A DNA stretch of 64,000 nt, taken from NCBI GenBank assembly GCA_963675525.2, contig CAXXSL010000001.1, positions 96,001 through 160,000 on the forward strand. Direction: 5' to 3'. Positions 30,004-40,114 of the stretch are shown here, in pieces. The notes beneath the pieces are model-generated. The model did no database searches. It saw only the letters and a program-made list of their open reading frames with translations, and was not told the origin of the DNA. Source of the DNA: Anaerohalosphaeraceae bacterium. Its GTDB lineage: Bacteria; Planctomycetota; Phycisphaerae; Sedimentisphaerales; Anaerohalosphaeraceae. Made by a program: the position numbers and the translations under genes. The number at the start of each line of letters is the position of its first letter. Within the stretch, counting starts at the first letter, position 1.

Positions 30004-31722
30004 TTACAACCCTTTTCGTGCATACCAGTCATCTCTCTTGGCACGGAGGACGTCAATAGAAACCAATTTGCTGGTTGTGGCTATTCCATCAGAGACTGTA
30101 AATAAAACCTGATAGTTTCCATATTCCCCGAAATTGGGAATCCATGAGAGTGTTGTTCCGTCAAAGATGGCCCCGGCAGGCAGGTAATCGGCCGTAATTA
30201 TGACGGAATCGCCGTCAGGATCGACGACTTGAGGCGTAATCAGCAGTTGTTGTTTCTCTTTGATCTGATTAGTATCTTCAATGACCAGGGCAGGGGCCGT
30301 ATTTTCTGATCTGACTAAAATCGAGATTGTATGGAAACATTCCAGTAAACCGTCTGTTGCGATAAATTTGACGGCATGTGTTCCTTCTTGTGTTTCGGTA
30401 GGGGTCCATGTGAAAGTGCCGTTTTCAAACACTGCCCCTTGTGGTAAACTTTCTGTAGATAAACTAACGGCATCTCCGTCGGGGTCACTGCCGGAAACGG
30501 CGAATGTTAAGGTTTTTGATACGGTGATAGTCTGGTTGGCAATGGCCCCTATCACAGGAGCCCGGTTTGTGGCATTGACAGCGATCAAAAAGGTTTCGCT
30601 GTCGAGGAGTGTTCCATCTGAAGCGGTAACAGTTAGAGGATAGTTGCCCGCTTGTTCGTAGCCCGGAGTCCATGTGAAGGTTCCATTGGTAAATGTGGCA
30701 CCGCTTGGCAACTCGACACAAGTGACGCTGACAAGGTCATTATCAGGATCAGTTGCCATTACACTAAACGTCAATAATTGGCCTTCAGAGACGGTTTTTT
30801 CACCGATGGCTACAAGGACAGGAGGTTGGTTCTCATTGAGAACGGTCAGTGTGACTGTTTGGCTGTCTGACAGGTCGCCATCGTCGGCTATAAAGGTTAC
30901 TTCATAAGTGCCGGATTGCTGGATTGTGGGTGTCCATATGAAAGTTGCTCCCGTAAAAACGGCTCCTTCGGGGAGGTTTGTTGCCGAATACGTTAAATTG
31001 TCACCGTCCGCATCTGTGGCGGATACGGAAAAGCTAATCGTTTCCATCTCATTGATGGTTACATCTATGATGGAATCTAATACGGGTGGTGAATTCAAAT
31101 TACCGGCGTAAAATGACAGTATCGTCGGAGGTATTATTTCTGTTGCCGACTGAATCGTCAGGTTCAGGCTGACGGCAGGGACGGATACACCGTCACAATC
31201 GATCCCAAAACCAAAGGATCGTCCCGTTCCGGCGTAATCCAGAAGAGTCAGCAAAGAGGAGGCGTTGAATTCAACGGTTGTAGAATCAGCCAATGATATG
31301 ACAGGGACTTGCGAAAAGATTTGCCAGACCCATGAATCAGGGTTGTCGATCTGCTTGAGATCGATCATGATATCCTGAGGTGCGGCCGTCAATTCCGTAT
31401 TACTAAGAGTCCTTAGGATCGAGCCATATCCCTCGAAATAATTACCGTGCTGCCCATCGTAAAATTCAACAATGTCTGGTTCAGGGTTATCGAGAAGATG
31501 GACCGACAGTGCGGTTTGCGAGTCGGAGCGAACTTTGCTGACATTGTGCAGTATAAGTGTCGCATCGGTTATAATGCTTCCGGACGGGATGGGTAATTCA
31601 CTGTTTGTGATTCCCCATGTACAGGCGTTTTCTTCATTAAGGATTTCAGCGTATGACAATGACTGAACTAAAACGATGAGAATGACGATTCGCAGTGTGG
31701 CTAGACAATGACTCCGTTTCAT
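30004..31722 (-). CDS. Secreted protein: unrecognised N-terminal domain plus four cadherin/putative-Ig repeats
   Basis: Signal peptide and repeats NxPPVL..ATDxDGD..LPxGAxF..FTWTP..G.Y...DG. Confidence 0.8.
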   Translation of the reverse strand: MKRSHCLATLRIVILIVLVQSLSYAEILNEENACTWGITNSELPIPSGSIITDATLILHNVSKVRSDSQTALSVHLLDNPEPDIVEFYDGQHGNYFEGYGSILRTLSNTELTAAPQDIMIDLKQIDNPDSWVWQIFSQVPVISLADSTTVEFNASSLLTLLDYAGTGRSFGFGIDCDGVSVPAVSLNLTIQSATEIIPPTILSFYAGNLNSPPVLDSIIDVTINEMETISFSVSATDADGDNLTYSATNLPEGAVFTGATFIWTPTIQQSGTYEVTFIADDGDLSDSQTVTLTVLNENQPPVLVAIGEKTVSEGQLLTFSVMATDPDNDLVSVTCVELPSGATFTNGTFTWTPGYEQAGNYPLTVTASDGTLLDSETFLIAVNATNRAPVIGAIANQTITVSKTLTFAVSGSDPDGDAVSLSTESLPQGAVFENGTFTWTPTETQEGTHAVKFIATDGLLECFHTISILVRSENTAPALVIEDTNQIKEKQQLLITPQVVDPDGDSVIITADYLPAGAIFDGTTLSWIPNFGEYGNYQVLFTVSDGIATTSKLVSIDVLRAKRDDWYARKGL

Positions 31723-31913
31723 GATACAGACCTTCCATGTTAGATTAAGCTAAATCGGCAACACTCTTAGCAGAGTGCAACAAAACCTTGGCGATTTGTA
31801 TTACTTACTCCCCCAAATCGCGGTCTTACAACTATATTGATTATGTCTGAAAAGACACAATCAATCTTGTTTTGAGCAGGAATAAATGCTTCCGGCTATA
31901 TATAGTATAATAT

Positions 31914-33272
31914 TTATTTAGCCAGGATGTTAATTTCATCAATATAAATATCATCATAATTGCTGGATGCACTGCATACAAAGCGGATATTCATCGTTGT
32001 TGAGAAGTTATATTCCACGGCTGAAAGGGTAATTGTTTCAAAGTAAAATTGGTCATTCTGGAAATCAATGCCCTGAGTCCAGGTTTTCAGAGTGATCCAC
32101 TGTGACCCGTCCCAGAAATCGAGCCTGAAGTTCTCGCTTGTATTATCCATTGAGACGGGCATATACCAGAAATCGATTTTAATTTCCGAATACCCCGATG
32201 CGTCGACAGCGTTGGTTAGATGGAATGACGATTCAGTGCCATGACCGTCTTGTATATTCGCCGTATTATTTCCCTGATGGGCAAAGTCTGTACCTGTATA
32301 AAATGAACAGTCTTCGCCGCCGGGAGTATAATTGCCCCATCCTGACTCGAAATCGTCATACGCCAATGAGGTCCATTGAGGAAGGTCATTGACGGTGATT
32401 GATACGCGCTGGAAGGCCACTCCACCGTTTCCATCAAGAACAACAAAGAGCAGCAGATATGTTTGGGCTTGCTGGTCTGTCGGTGTCCAGGTGAATGTTT
32501 GATCGGTAAAGTCCGCTCCGGACGGCAATCTCAGGGCACGGTAGGTTAATGGGTCTCCGTCGGAATCGGTAGCTGAAACCGTAAAGCTTAGTGTTTCTGT
32601 TTCAGTGACGGTCTGATCAGGGATGAAATCCAGTACAGGGGCACTGTTTGGATTGCCGACCACAAAGTGTAATGCCACAGGGGCGGTTGCGTTTGTGACA
32701 GACTGAATGGTTAAATTCAGGCTGATTGCGCCGACTGATACGCCATCACAATCCAGTCCAAAACCAAAGGAACGTCCGGTTCCGGCATAATCCAACAGGG
32801 TCAGCAGGGATGAACTGAATTTGATGATTGTGTTGTCAGCCAGTGTGATGACAGGGGGGGTATCGAAAACATTCCAGACCCATGACCGGGTGTCATTAAC
32901 TTGATTTAGGTCTATTATGATGTCTCGGGGTGTGGTGCTAAGTTCAGAAACCCCAATCTCATACAGCAATGCCCCGTATCCGTCAAAATAATTACCTAGC
33001 TGTGAATCCGCTATCTCTTCCAGATCGAGATTCGGATTATCAAGGAGTTGTATAAAGAGTCCCATCTCCGGATCGTTGTGCATGAGACTGACATTATGCA
33101 GCGTCAGGACGGCGCTTGTAATAATGCTGCCGTGAGGAATTGGAAGTGAATTGTTTGAAATCCCCCATGTACAGGCGTTTTCGTCGTTAATGAGTTGTGC
33201 GCAAGCAGAAGGCGCTGCCACTTGCATGGCAACGCACGCTGCCAATATCAATATCCAACAATCTTTTTTCAT
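31914..33272 (-). CDS. Secreted paralog: same N-terminal domain, one Ig repeat, C-terminal beta-sandwich (DDFESGWG...YIDEI)
   Basis: The N-terminal ~190 aa is clearly homologous to 30004-31722. Confidence 0.8.
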   Translation of the reverse strand: MKKDCWILILAACVAMQVAAPSACAQLINDENACTWGISNNSLPIPHGSIITSAVLTLHNVSLMHNDPEMGLFIQLLDNPNLDLEEIADSQLGNYFDGYGALLYEIGVSELSTTPRDIIIDLNQVNDTRSWVWNVFDTPPVITLADNTIIKFSSSLLTLLDYAGTGRSFGFGLDCDGVSVGAISLNLTIQSVTNATAPVALHFVVGNPNSAPVLDFIPDQTVTETETLSFTVSATDSDGDPLTYRALRLPSGADFTDQTFTWTPTDQQAQTYLLLFVVLDGNGGVAFQRVSITVNDLPQWTSLAYDDFESGWGNYTPGGEDCSFYTGTDFAHQGNNTANIQDGHGTESSFHLTNAVDASGYSEIKIDFWYMPVSMDNTSENFRLDFWDGSQWITLKTWTQGIDFQNDQFYFETITLSAVEYNFSTTMNIRFVCSASSNYDDIYIDEINILAK

Positions 33273-33578
33273 CACTCTCTCTGTCTTCTTGTGTTAATCC
33301 ATTAATAAGCTATATTCTGGCTCTCATACCTGACGCGAGAAAAAGCATTCGTTAGAAGTAATTGATAGCGAATCATTCCTAAGAAGACATCCTAGCACAC
33401 GATATCTTGATAACTGTTTGTTCGTCTGATTCCATCCGGCGAAAACAGAAATTTGATAGTTTCCAGCCTGCCCATAAAATGGGGTCCAGGTAACTAGTTT
33501 TTCCATTTCTCCATCAAATGACGGCACCAAGGTGGCAAATTCTGTGACTGATATTTATAGGGAATGACATTGATTGAT

Positions 33579-36500
33579 CTAGATCTCTGACGACGATCGT
33601 AAGTCGTTTTGCATCTCTTTTATTTCCAGTGTGTTAGACAGGGTCGTTATTTCTTGAGCGGAAAGAGCCCGGTTGTAAATCTGGACGTCATCCACGAAGC
33701 CGTTAAATCCCAAATCTAGTGAACGATATGCATCCGCTCCCACGTTGGCGATATCTGCGGTCGCCGCAAGGGCGGTCAGTCCGGAGAATGTTCCTGAGAT
33801 CTTTTGTTCGCCTTCGAGATAAACGGCGTATTCTGTTCCGTTCCAGGTCAGGGCGACATGCTGCATCACACCGGATTCAAGAGTATCTGTGGCAAGTTGG
33901 TTGGCATCGCCAACTTCAACGCCCAGACGCCCATCCGCTGTATAGAGGAGAATTCTATTGTTGCCGGCAGGGCTATGTCCAAATAGGACCTGATGGCCGA
34001 CCGTTGTTTCTGGTTGCACCCAAAGGGCAACTGTGCCCGCCTCGGCCTGCATGGAATCACAACTGATCTGTACAGCCTGATTAGTGCCGTTGAATAGCAG
34101 CCAACCTTCTCGACCATCTTTGTATGAATCACCCCATTCGGGAGCCGCAATGACGCTTGCATCTTGACTATAACCAGAGCGGTCTTTAACGAGAGTCTTA
34201 TCGAAATTAGGGTATGATTGATCTGTGATATTCAATGAGTTAATCAACCCATAATCTCTACCAAGTTCAGTAAGACTTGAAATTTCCTCGCTTGTCAGAG
34301 CTCTGTTATAAATTCTCATGGAATCGATTTCACCATCAAAAGCACGCTGCATATCATAGTAGCGAATGCCGATTACAAGCGGACTTGATTCAGAATCAAC
34401 AGGGTTCTCTGAATAAGCCGTTTGTCCTGAAAGAATTCCATTGATATAAAAACTTACTTGTCCGGTGTTTTCGTCATATGTGACAGCGACATGCTGCCAT
34501 TGATTCAATAGAAGAATATTTGGATTGGAGAAAGCCAGACTTCCCCCATAAACCGTATATCCAAGATTATTGTTTGCGGCATTAACAAAAAACGTAAATC
34601 CCGTATTCGATGTCCCTTTGTCGATAATTCTGCCGTAACCTGCTTGGCCGAAACTTTGAGGCGAAATCCATGCAGAAAGCGTCAAATCCCCTGTAAGATT
34701 CAATGTTGAATCGTTGCTGCAAGTGATGTAATCATTAGTTCCATCTAATAGTATAGTACCTTGATTCCATTGGGGATGGTTAACAAGGGTCGCCGTATTT
34801 GCTCCACCAGAGTGGTCAACTGAGATCTCCCCGTAATTTTCATTAAATCGCCAATCCCCAATAAGACCTGTTGTGACATCACTCGAAGAGTTCTGTGGAG
34901 GTTGCACGTCTTGTTCAACGGTAACAGTAACTGTAGCGGAGGAGGTTCCACCGTTGCCATCTGATACGGTATAGGCAAATGAATCCATGCCGATGTAACC
35001 CACTGTGGGGATATAGTTGATCTTGGTATTGCTGTCAATTCTTGTTGCCGTACCATGACTTGGTACAGTGACACTTGCAATAGTTAAGTTATCCCCGTCA
35101 GAGTCACTATCATTTGACAATACCGTCAAAGAATTGGCGGTACTATTGTTTTCGATACTGAAGGAGTCATTCGCGGCGATTGGGACACGGTTTTCAGTTG
35201 AGCCGGGATTATATTCATATGCACCTATTGAAGGTGTTGTGTTCCAGCGATTTCCGTTCTTGTCTTTTGTGAAATCAAAACTGGGAAATAGCGATGTTAC
35301 GCCTATTGATGCTAAGTCGGAGATGACTGAAATCCCTGAACCAATGGCTGGACTGCCTAACTTTAATTGCCAGTTTCTTGCTGTGGTAAGCACTGGATTT
35401 ACAAAAATATCTTCATTTGAGAGATTTGTGCCGTCAATATCTCCAACCTCCTTCGTGCCCGCAAGATAAAGGTTATGAGATTGGGTCAGGTTGCCGCCAA
35501 CAACAATGGCGTCACCGTATGTGATATTATTTCTTATATAACCGTCGCCGGATGTTAAAAACCTCAAAGCAGTGTCACCCTGAGGTGACGCCGAAGAAAT
35601 AATTGTGTTATTAACAACAACGTGATAATCAGTGCCTGTTGACCAGTGTGTCATTACATAGTATGAACCACCGATCAAGACATTGTTTGCGACGACCAGT
35701 TTTTGCTGATTGTGGAAAGTTAAAGCGTAGTTATTTGCAAACTCTACGATATTGTTTGCAACGAGAACGCTTTTATTGGAGCCCGCATCGCCGTATATTG
35801 CGATTCCGTTTCCGTGAACACTTGCAGGTTCCGAAATATTATTTCCAATAACTTGATAGTTATCACCGCCGGAGGCATAAACACAAGTTCCCACTGTTCG
35901 ACTGATTGTGCAATTTTGTACAGTTGTGTCATTGGCTCCCAATAAATTAAAACCAAAATAATCATAATTTCTTACGGTGCAATTATCAATAACAAGGTCA
36001 TATATCCCATATGAATATATGGCGCTGCTTGCGCTATTTGCACCAGCGCTATTTTCAAAAACGCAATCTTTGATAAGATACCCGCCAGATTCACGTCCGG
36101 CGTATTGCACATCTCCATTAAGGTGGATGCCGCCTCTATACCCACGAATTTTGAAGCCTTCAATATGGATATTTTCTCTGAAGCCACCTGTCGCTCCACC
36201 TTTCCACTTAATAAAAAAGGCCTCGCCTCTGGTTCCTGCATACCCTATATTTCCGTTCAGCAAATTATTAATGTCTATTGGCCAGTAATAGATTGTAATA
36301 TTACCATTACTGTCCATAACTTTGGTGTGGTAGTACTCCCCAGGTTGTGTAACAAGGTGGGGATGGTTATTAATTGAATAAGCATCACTTTGGCCTGTTG
36401 CACCGTTTGGAAGAACAGGCGAAACATATAAACGATGGGTGTCGGGGTCAAACTCGGTAATTGAGACTGTGCCGATCTTATTTCCGCCGGAAAGATGTCT

Positions 36501-37184
36501 TCGGGTTAACCATGAGCCGTTCCAGTATGAGCTTAATTGCTCATTGCTTAGACCGTTTATCCAAGGATACCAATAAGAATTTGAATTGGTCCTGTCAAGA
36601 TTAGTTGAATCTTGAATGTAAGTGTCAACTCCGTATGATTCAGGCAAAAGAGGTTCCAGTTCGCTTATTTTAATTATAAAATTATCTGTTTGCTGGGGCC
36701 ATCTACCTATTTTTGCTAATTCACCATTTTCGAAAAGCACGACTCTCGAAAAACCTGGTTCTCGTAATTTATCAAAATCATTGAATACCTTAATATCTGT
36801 TTTGTAAATTGAAGTTGCTTGTGGATGAGTGACTCCGTTAACCGTAAGACCGGGTTCATCAGGAGCACATTGAGTCCACTGGGTTAAGGAAACTGTTCCA
36901 TCTAAAACTGGCATTTCATTAGGATATGCTTTTATTGTAATCGGGTTGTCTTTGGTTCCATTAACGGTGATGATTACTTCTTCGGGATATGTTCCCCCTC
37001 TGACAAGTAACGTGTCGCCAGGTAAAAGAAATGATTGGCCTTTTTGAATTGTCTTCCATGGGCTAATGATTGAACCGTTACCGGTCATGTCATTACCGGT
37101 TGTCGCAACATAATATGTTGCTGCCTCAAGTGTAAAACCTATGAGACTCAGAAAAGCAATAATCAAAAACCTTTTAATACTCAT
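33579..37184 (-). CDS. Large secreted protein: right-handed beta-helix, cadherin-like domain, two LamG domains; degenerate Ig tail probably continues to ~33400
   Basis: YYVATTGND..PWKTIQ..PGDTLLVRGGTY, PbH repeats, IGAYEY, PIAANDS..F.YTVSDGNGG, LamG motifs WQHVAVTYD and F.G.IDxxxIYNRAL. Confidence 0.85.
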   Translation of the reverse strand: MSIKRFLIIAFLSLIGFTLEAATYYVATTGNDMTGNGSIISPWKTIQKGQSFLLPGDTLLVRGGTYPEEVIITVNGTKDNPITIKAYPNEMPVLDGTVSLTQWTQCAPDEPGLTVNGVTHPQATSIYKTDIKVFNDFDKLREPGFSRVVLFENGELAKIGRWPQQTDNFIIKISELEPLLPESYGVDTYIQDSTNLDRTNSNSYWYPWINGLSNEQLSSYWNGSWLTRRHLSGGNKIGTVSITEFDPDTHRLYVSPVLPNGATGQSDAYSINNHPHLVTQPGEYYHTKVMDSNGNITIYYWPIDINNLLNGNIGYAGTRGEAFFIKWKGGATGGFRENIHIEGFKIRGYRGGIHLNGDVQYAGRESGGYLIKDCVFENSAGANSASSAIYSYGIYDLVIDNCTVRNYDYFGFNLLGANDTTVQNCTISRTVGTCVYASGGDNYQVIGNNISEPASVHGNGIAIYGDAGSNKSVLVANNIVEFANNYALTFHNQQKLVVANNVLIGGSYYVMTHWSTGTDYHVVVNNTIISSASPQGDTALRFLTSGDGYIRNNITYGDAIVVGGNLTQSHNLYLAGTKEVGDIDGTNLSNEDIFVNPVLTTARNWQLKLGSPAIGSGISVISDLASIGVTSLFPSFDFTKDKNGNRWNTTPSIGAYEYNPGSTENRVPIAANDSFSIENNSTANSLTVLSNDSDSDGDNLTIASVTVPSHGTATRIDSNTKINYIPTVGYIGMDSFAYTVSDGNGGTSSATVTVTVEQDVQPPQNSSSDVTTGLIGDWRFNENYGEISVDHSGGANTATLVNHPQWNQGTILLDGTNDYITCSNDSTLNLTGDLTLSAWISPQSFGQAGYGRIIDKGTSNTGFTFFVNAANNNLGYTVYGGSLAFSNPNILLLNQWQHVAVTYDENTGQVSFYINGILSGQTAYSENPVDSESSPLVIGIRYYDMQRAFDGEIDSMRIYNRALTSEEISSLTELGRDYGLINSLNITDQSYPNFDKTLVKDRSGYSQDASVIAAPEWGDSYKDGREGWLLFNGTNQAVQISCDSMQAEAGTVALWVQPETTVGHQVLFGHSPAGNNRILLYTADGRLGVEVGDANQLATDTLESGVMQHVALTWNGTEYAVYLEGEQKISGTFSGLTALAATADIANVGADAYRSLDLGFNGFVDDVQIYNRALSAQEITTLSNTLEIKEMQNDLRSSSEI

Positions 37185-37931
37185 TGAATTAACTCCATTT
37201 TAATTACATACTTTGCCGTATTTCACGGAATCCATTTGCTAATCGTATGTTTTTGACAAGAATCTTTAGTCAACCCACATAAAAATATAAAAAACAAAAA
37301 CGTAACACGCGAGGAATTATTGTAAATTCCTGAGTTTTTAGTGTTAACATCATTATTTTATTAGAGTTATGGTTATTGGAACAGGCCGATGGATTTGATT
37401 GGGAAACAACCTTGAAGACCCCCGGCTTATTCAAAACAAAACAAACAGAACTCGGTCCAGATTTCAAAAACGATAAAAGTCGCCTAGTCCGATAAAACTG
37501 AGTGGTTTTGTTAAGCGATAAAATAAAACGAGCAGAAATAAATAATAATGGCTTAATATATAAATAATTATTATAACCGCTCAGAACAACAATATAGTGA
37601 TTTCCCCTCGCTGATAGTTCCATAATACCAAGCCATTCTCCTTTTTCAATGGAGAAAATAATTAATTTCATTATTTTTTTTGGGTGTGGAAGCAAGATTT
37701 TTTATAAATTCTCTTTTTATTTCAGAGTTCAAAAAACCGATAATAGCCTTAGAAATCATTGACTGTCATGAAGGTAATGATACAATGTAACAGATAAATT
37801 GTATAGAGAGAGTCAATATATTTGGTTGTTTTGGGCTCTGTAATGTATATTTACATCGCTCAAGGGGACGGAGTCTGCTTGGTGACAGTGAAAAACAAAA
37901 AACTCAAATATAATTGTGGTTTCTAAAAGCT

Positions 37932-38342
37932 ATGGCTGATAATAAACCCATAATCATAGATTTACCCAAGATTGAGGATCCTCGGGGTAATCTTTCATTT
38001 ATTGAAGAAGAAAGCCACGTTCCATTCAAGGTGGCTCGGGCATACTGGATTTATGATGTTCCAGGCGGGCAGGTTCGAGGCGAACATGCTTTTAAGGAGC
38101 AGCAGGAGTTTATTGTCGCCTTGTCAGGCAGTTTTGATGTCGTGATCGATGACGGCCAGGCCCAAGAGAGGTTTCATCTGAATCGTTCTTATTTCGGGCT
38201 TTATATTCCTCCGGGATATTGGCGGAAAATGGACAACTTCTCAACCAATTCACTGGCTGTCGTTTTGAGTTCCACACATTATGAAGAAAAGGATTATATC
38301 CGCGATTATGAACAGTTTCTTCAGTACAGAAAACAGATCTAA
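37932..38342 (+). CDS. FdtA/QdtA-family sugar 3,4-ketoisomerase-like cupin (copy 1)
   Basis: DPRGNLSFIE, RGEHAF, GLYIPPGYW. Confidence 0.85.
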   Translation: MADNKPIIIDLPKIEDPRGNLSFIEEESHVPFKVARAYWIYDVPGGQVRGEHAFKEQQEFIVALSGSFDVVIDDGQAQERFHLNRSYFGLYIPPGYWRKMDNFSTNSLAVVLSSTHYEEKDYIRDYEQFLQYRKQI

Positions 38343-38751
38343 TACGATCTACGATTGTGTTGTATTACCCTTAAGCAAAATATATAACAGGGCGGGAAAT
38401 CTTACGGTTATTGAGGGTGGGATCAATGTGCCTTTTTCGATTCGTCGTATTTATTATTTGTACGATATTCCCGGCGGAGAGACTCGGGGAGGGCATGCTC
38501 ATCACAAATTATATCAGCTTATTATTGCTGCCGGCGGCAGTTTTGATGTGTTGCTTGATGATGGTGTCAACCAGAAGGTTGTGACATTGAACCGCCCGAA
38601 CTATGGTCTGTTGGTGGTTCCCGGAATATGGAGGGAGTTGCTGGAGTTCTCGTCGGGGTCGGTTTGTTTGGTTTTGGCGTCTGAAAAATATGACGAAACG
38701 GATTATATCAGGGATTATGCTAAATTCAAGGAATTCAAATGCAAGGCGTGA
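38281..38751 (+). CDS. FdtA/QdtA-family sugar 3,4-ketoisomerase (copy 2); start may be 38308
   Basis: GNLTVIE, YYLYDIPGGETRGGHAH, LASEKYDETDYIRDY. Confidence 0.85.
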   Translation: MKKRIISAIMNSFFSTENRSNTIYDCVVLPLSKIYNRAGNLTVIEGGINVPFSIRRIYYLYDIPGGETRGGHAHHKLYQLIIAAGGSFDVLLDDGVNQKVVTLNRPNYGLLVVPGIWRELLEFSSGSVCLVLASEKYDETDYIRDYAKFKEFKCKA

Positions 38752-40073
38752 TGATTCACCCAACGGCTGAAGTGCAGACAAAGCATATAGGCGAAGGATC
38801 CTGTGTGTGGCAGTATTGTGTGGTTTTAGAAGGCGCCAGGATCGGGAAGAAGTGTAACCTCAATTGCCATGTGTTTGTTGAAAATGATGTTGTATTGGGT
38901 AATAATGTGACCATTAAGTCAGGTGTGCAGTTATGGGATGGATTACGAATAGAAGATGATGTGTTTGTGGGGCCGAATGTAACATTCACAAATGACTTAA
39001 GACCTCGCTCTGGCAGACATTTACAGAGATATTTGCAAACAACACTTAAAAAGGGTGCAAGCATTGGAGCCAAATCAGTAATTGTTGGCAGCAAGACAAT
39101 TGGTCGTTATGCAATGGTTGGCGCAGGAAGTGTTGTAACACATGATATTCCCGACAATACTTTATGGTACGGTAATCCCGCAAGATTCAAAGGATATATA
39201 TGTACATGCGGAAATAAGCTGGATGATGAACAATGGTGTGAGAGATGCAAGAAGAAACTGGATATAGATAGAACGTTAACCATTTCCAGTCAAGTGCAGG
39301 GATTAGCCGTTTCAGATCGAAGAATGGATATTCTTGGCAGGATATCCAAAAAAAGCACGATCTATGAAAATGTCAAACTCGGGAAAGATGTTACAATTTG
39401 TGACGATGCTGTTATTTACAGCAATGTTGAGATTGGAGACGGTTCCTTTATTGGGCAGGGCTGTATTATTGGAGAGCCCCTTGCTGAATTTTATAGCAAT
39501 CGAACAGGTTACGAAAACCCAGCGCTTATAATAGGTAAAAATTCTATTATTCGCAGCCATAGTATACTATATGCGGGTTCAACGATAGGGGAATTTTTTC
39601 ATACAGGTCACAAGGTTGCGATTCGCGAAGGAAGCCAATTCGGGAAAAACTGTTCCGTTGGAACTTATAGCGATATCCAAGGGCATGTCAAGGTAGGGGA
39701 TTATTGTCGTTTTCATAGCAGTGTGCATATCAGTCAGCATACTTTGATTGGAAGTTATGTATTCATTTTCCCGAATGCTGTTTTGACGAATGATCCGCAC
39801 CCGCCTTCGACTTGCATCAAGGGTCCTATCCTGGAGGATTATTGTATTATCAGTGCCGGCGCAATTTTGATGCCTGGTATTACCATCGGAAAGGACAGTA
39901 TTGTCGGAGCAAACTCTCTTGCCAGTAAAGATGTTCCACCTGAATCAGTGGTTATGGGGGTACCGGCTCGTCGAATCTGCTCAATCCATGACATCAAATG
40001 CCAGAATGGATGTGTCGAGAAGCCTTACCCGTGGCGGGATCATTTTTCACGAGGTATGCCTTGGGGGACGTGA
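38739..40073 (+). CDS. Two-domain hexapeptide-repeat (LbH) acyltransferase fusion
   Basis: Two LbH domains, each with FTND/LTND and GNPA/GVPA motifs, linked by CTCG..CERC. Confidence 0.8.
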   Translation: MQGVMIHPTAEVQTKHIGEGSCVWQYCVVLEGARIGKKCNLNCHVFVENDVVLGNNVTIKSGVQLWDGLRIEDDVFVGPNVTFTNDLRPRSGRHLQRYLQTTLKKGASIGAKSVIVGSKTIGRYAMVGAGSVVTHDIPDNTLWYGNPARFKGYICTCGNKLDDEQWCERCKKKLDIDRTLTISSQVQGLAVSDRRMDILGRISKKSTIYENVKLGKDVTICDDAVIYSNVEIGDGSFIGQGCIIGEPLAEFYSNRTGYENPALIIGKNSIIRSHSILYAGSTIGEFFHTGHKVAIREGSQFGKNCSVGTYSDIQGHVKVGDYCRFHSSVHISQHTLIGSYVFIFPNAVLTNDPHPPSTCIKGPILEDYCIISAGAILMPGITIGKDSIVGANSLASKDVPPESVVMGVPARRICSIHDIKCQNGCVEKPYPWRDHFSRGMPWGT

Positions 40074-40114
40074 TTATTGATCGTTAAGCAGGGATTTATC
40101 AGGAGTAAGAAGAC

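Noticed and set aside
37270..37695. 141-aa minus-strand ORF in the intergenic region
   Set aside because: TTG start, low-complexity AT-driven composition and no motif. Probably spurious.
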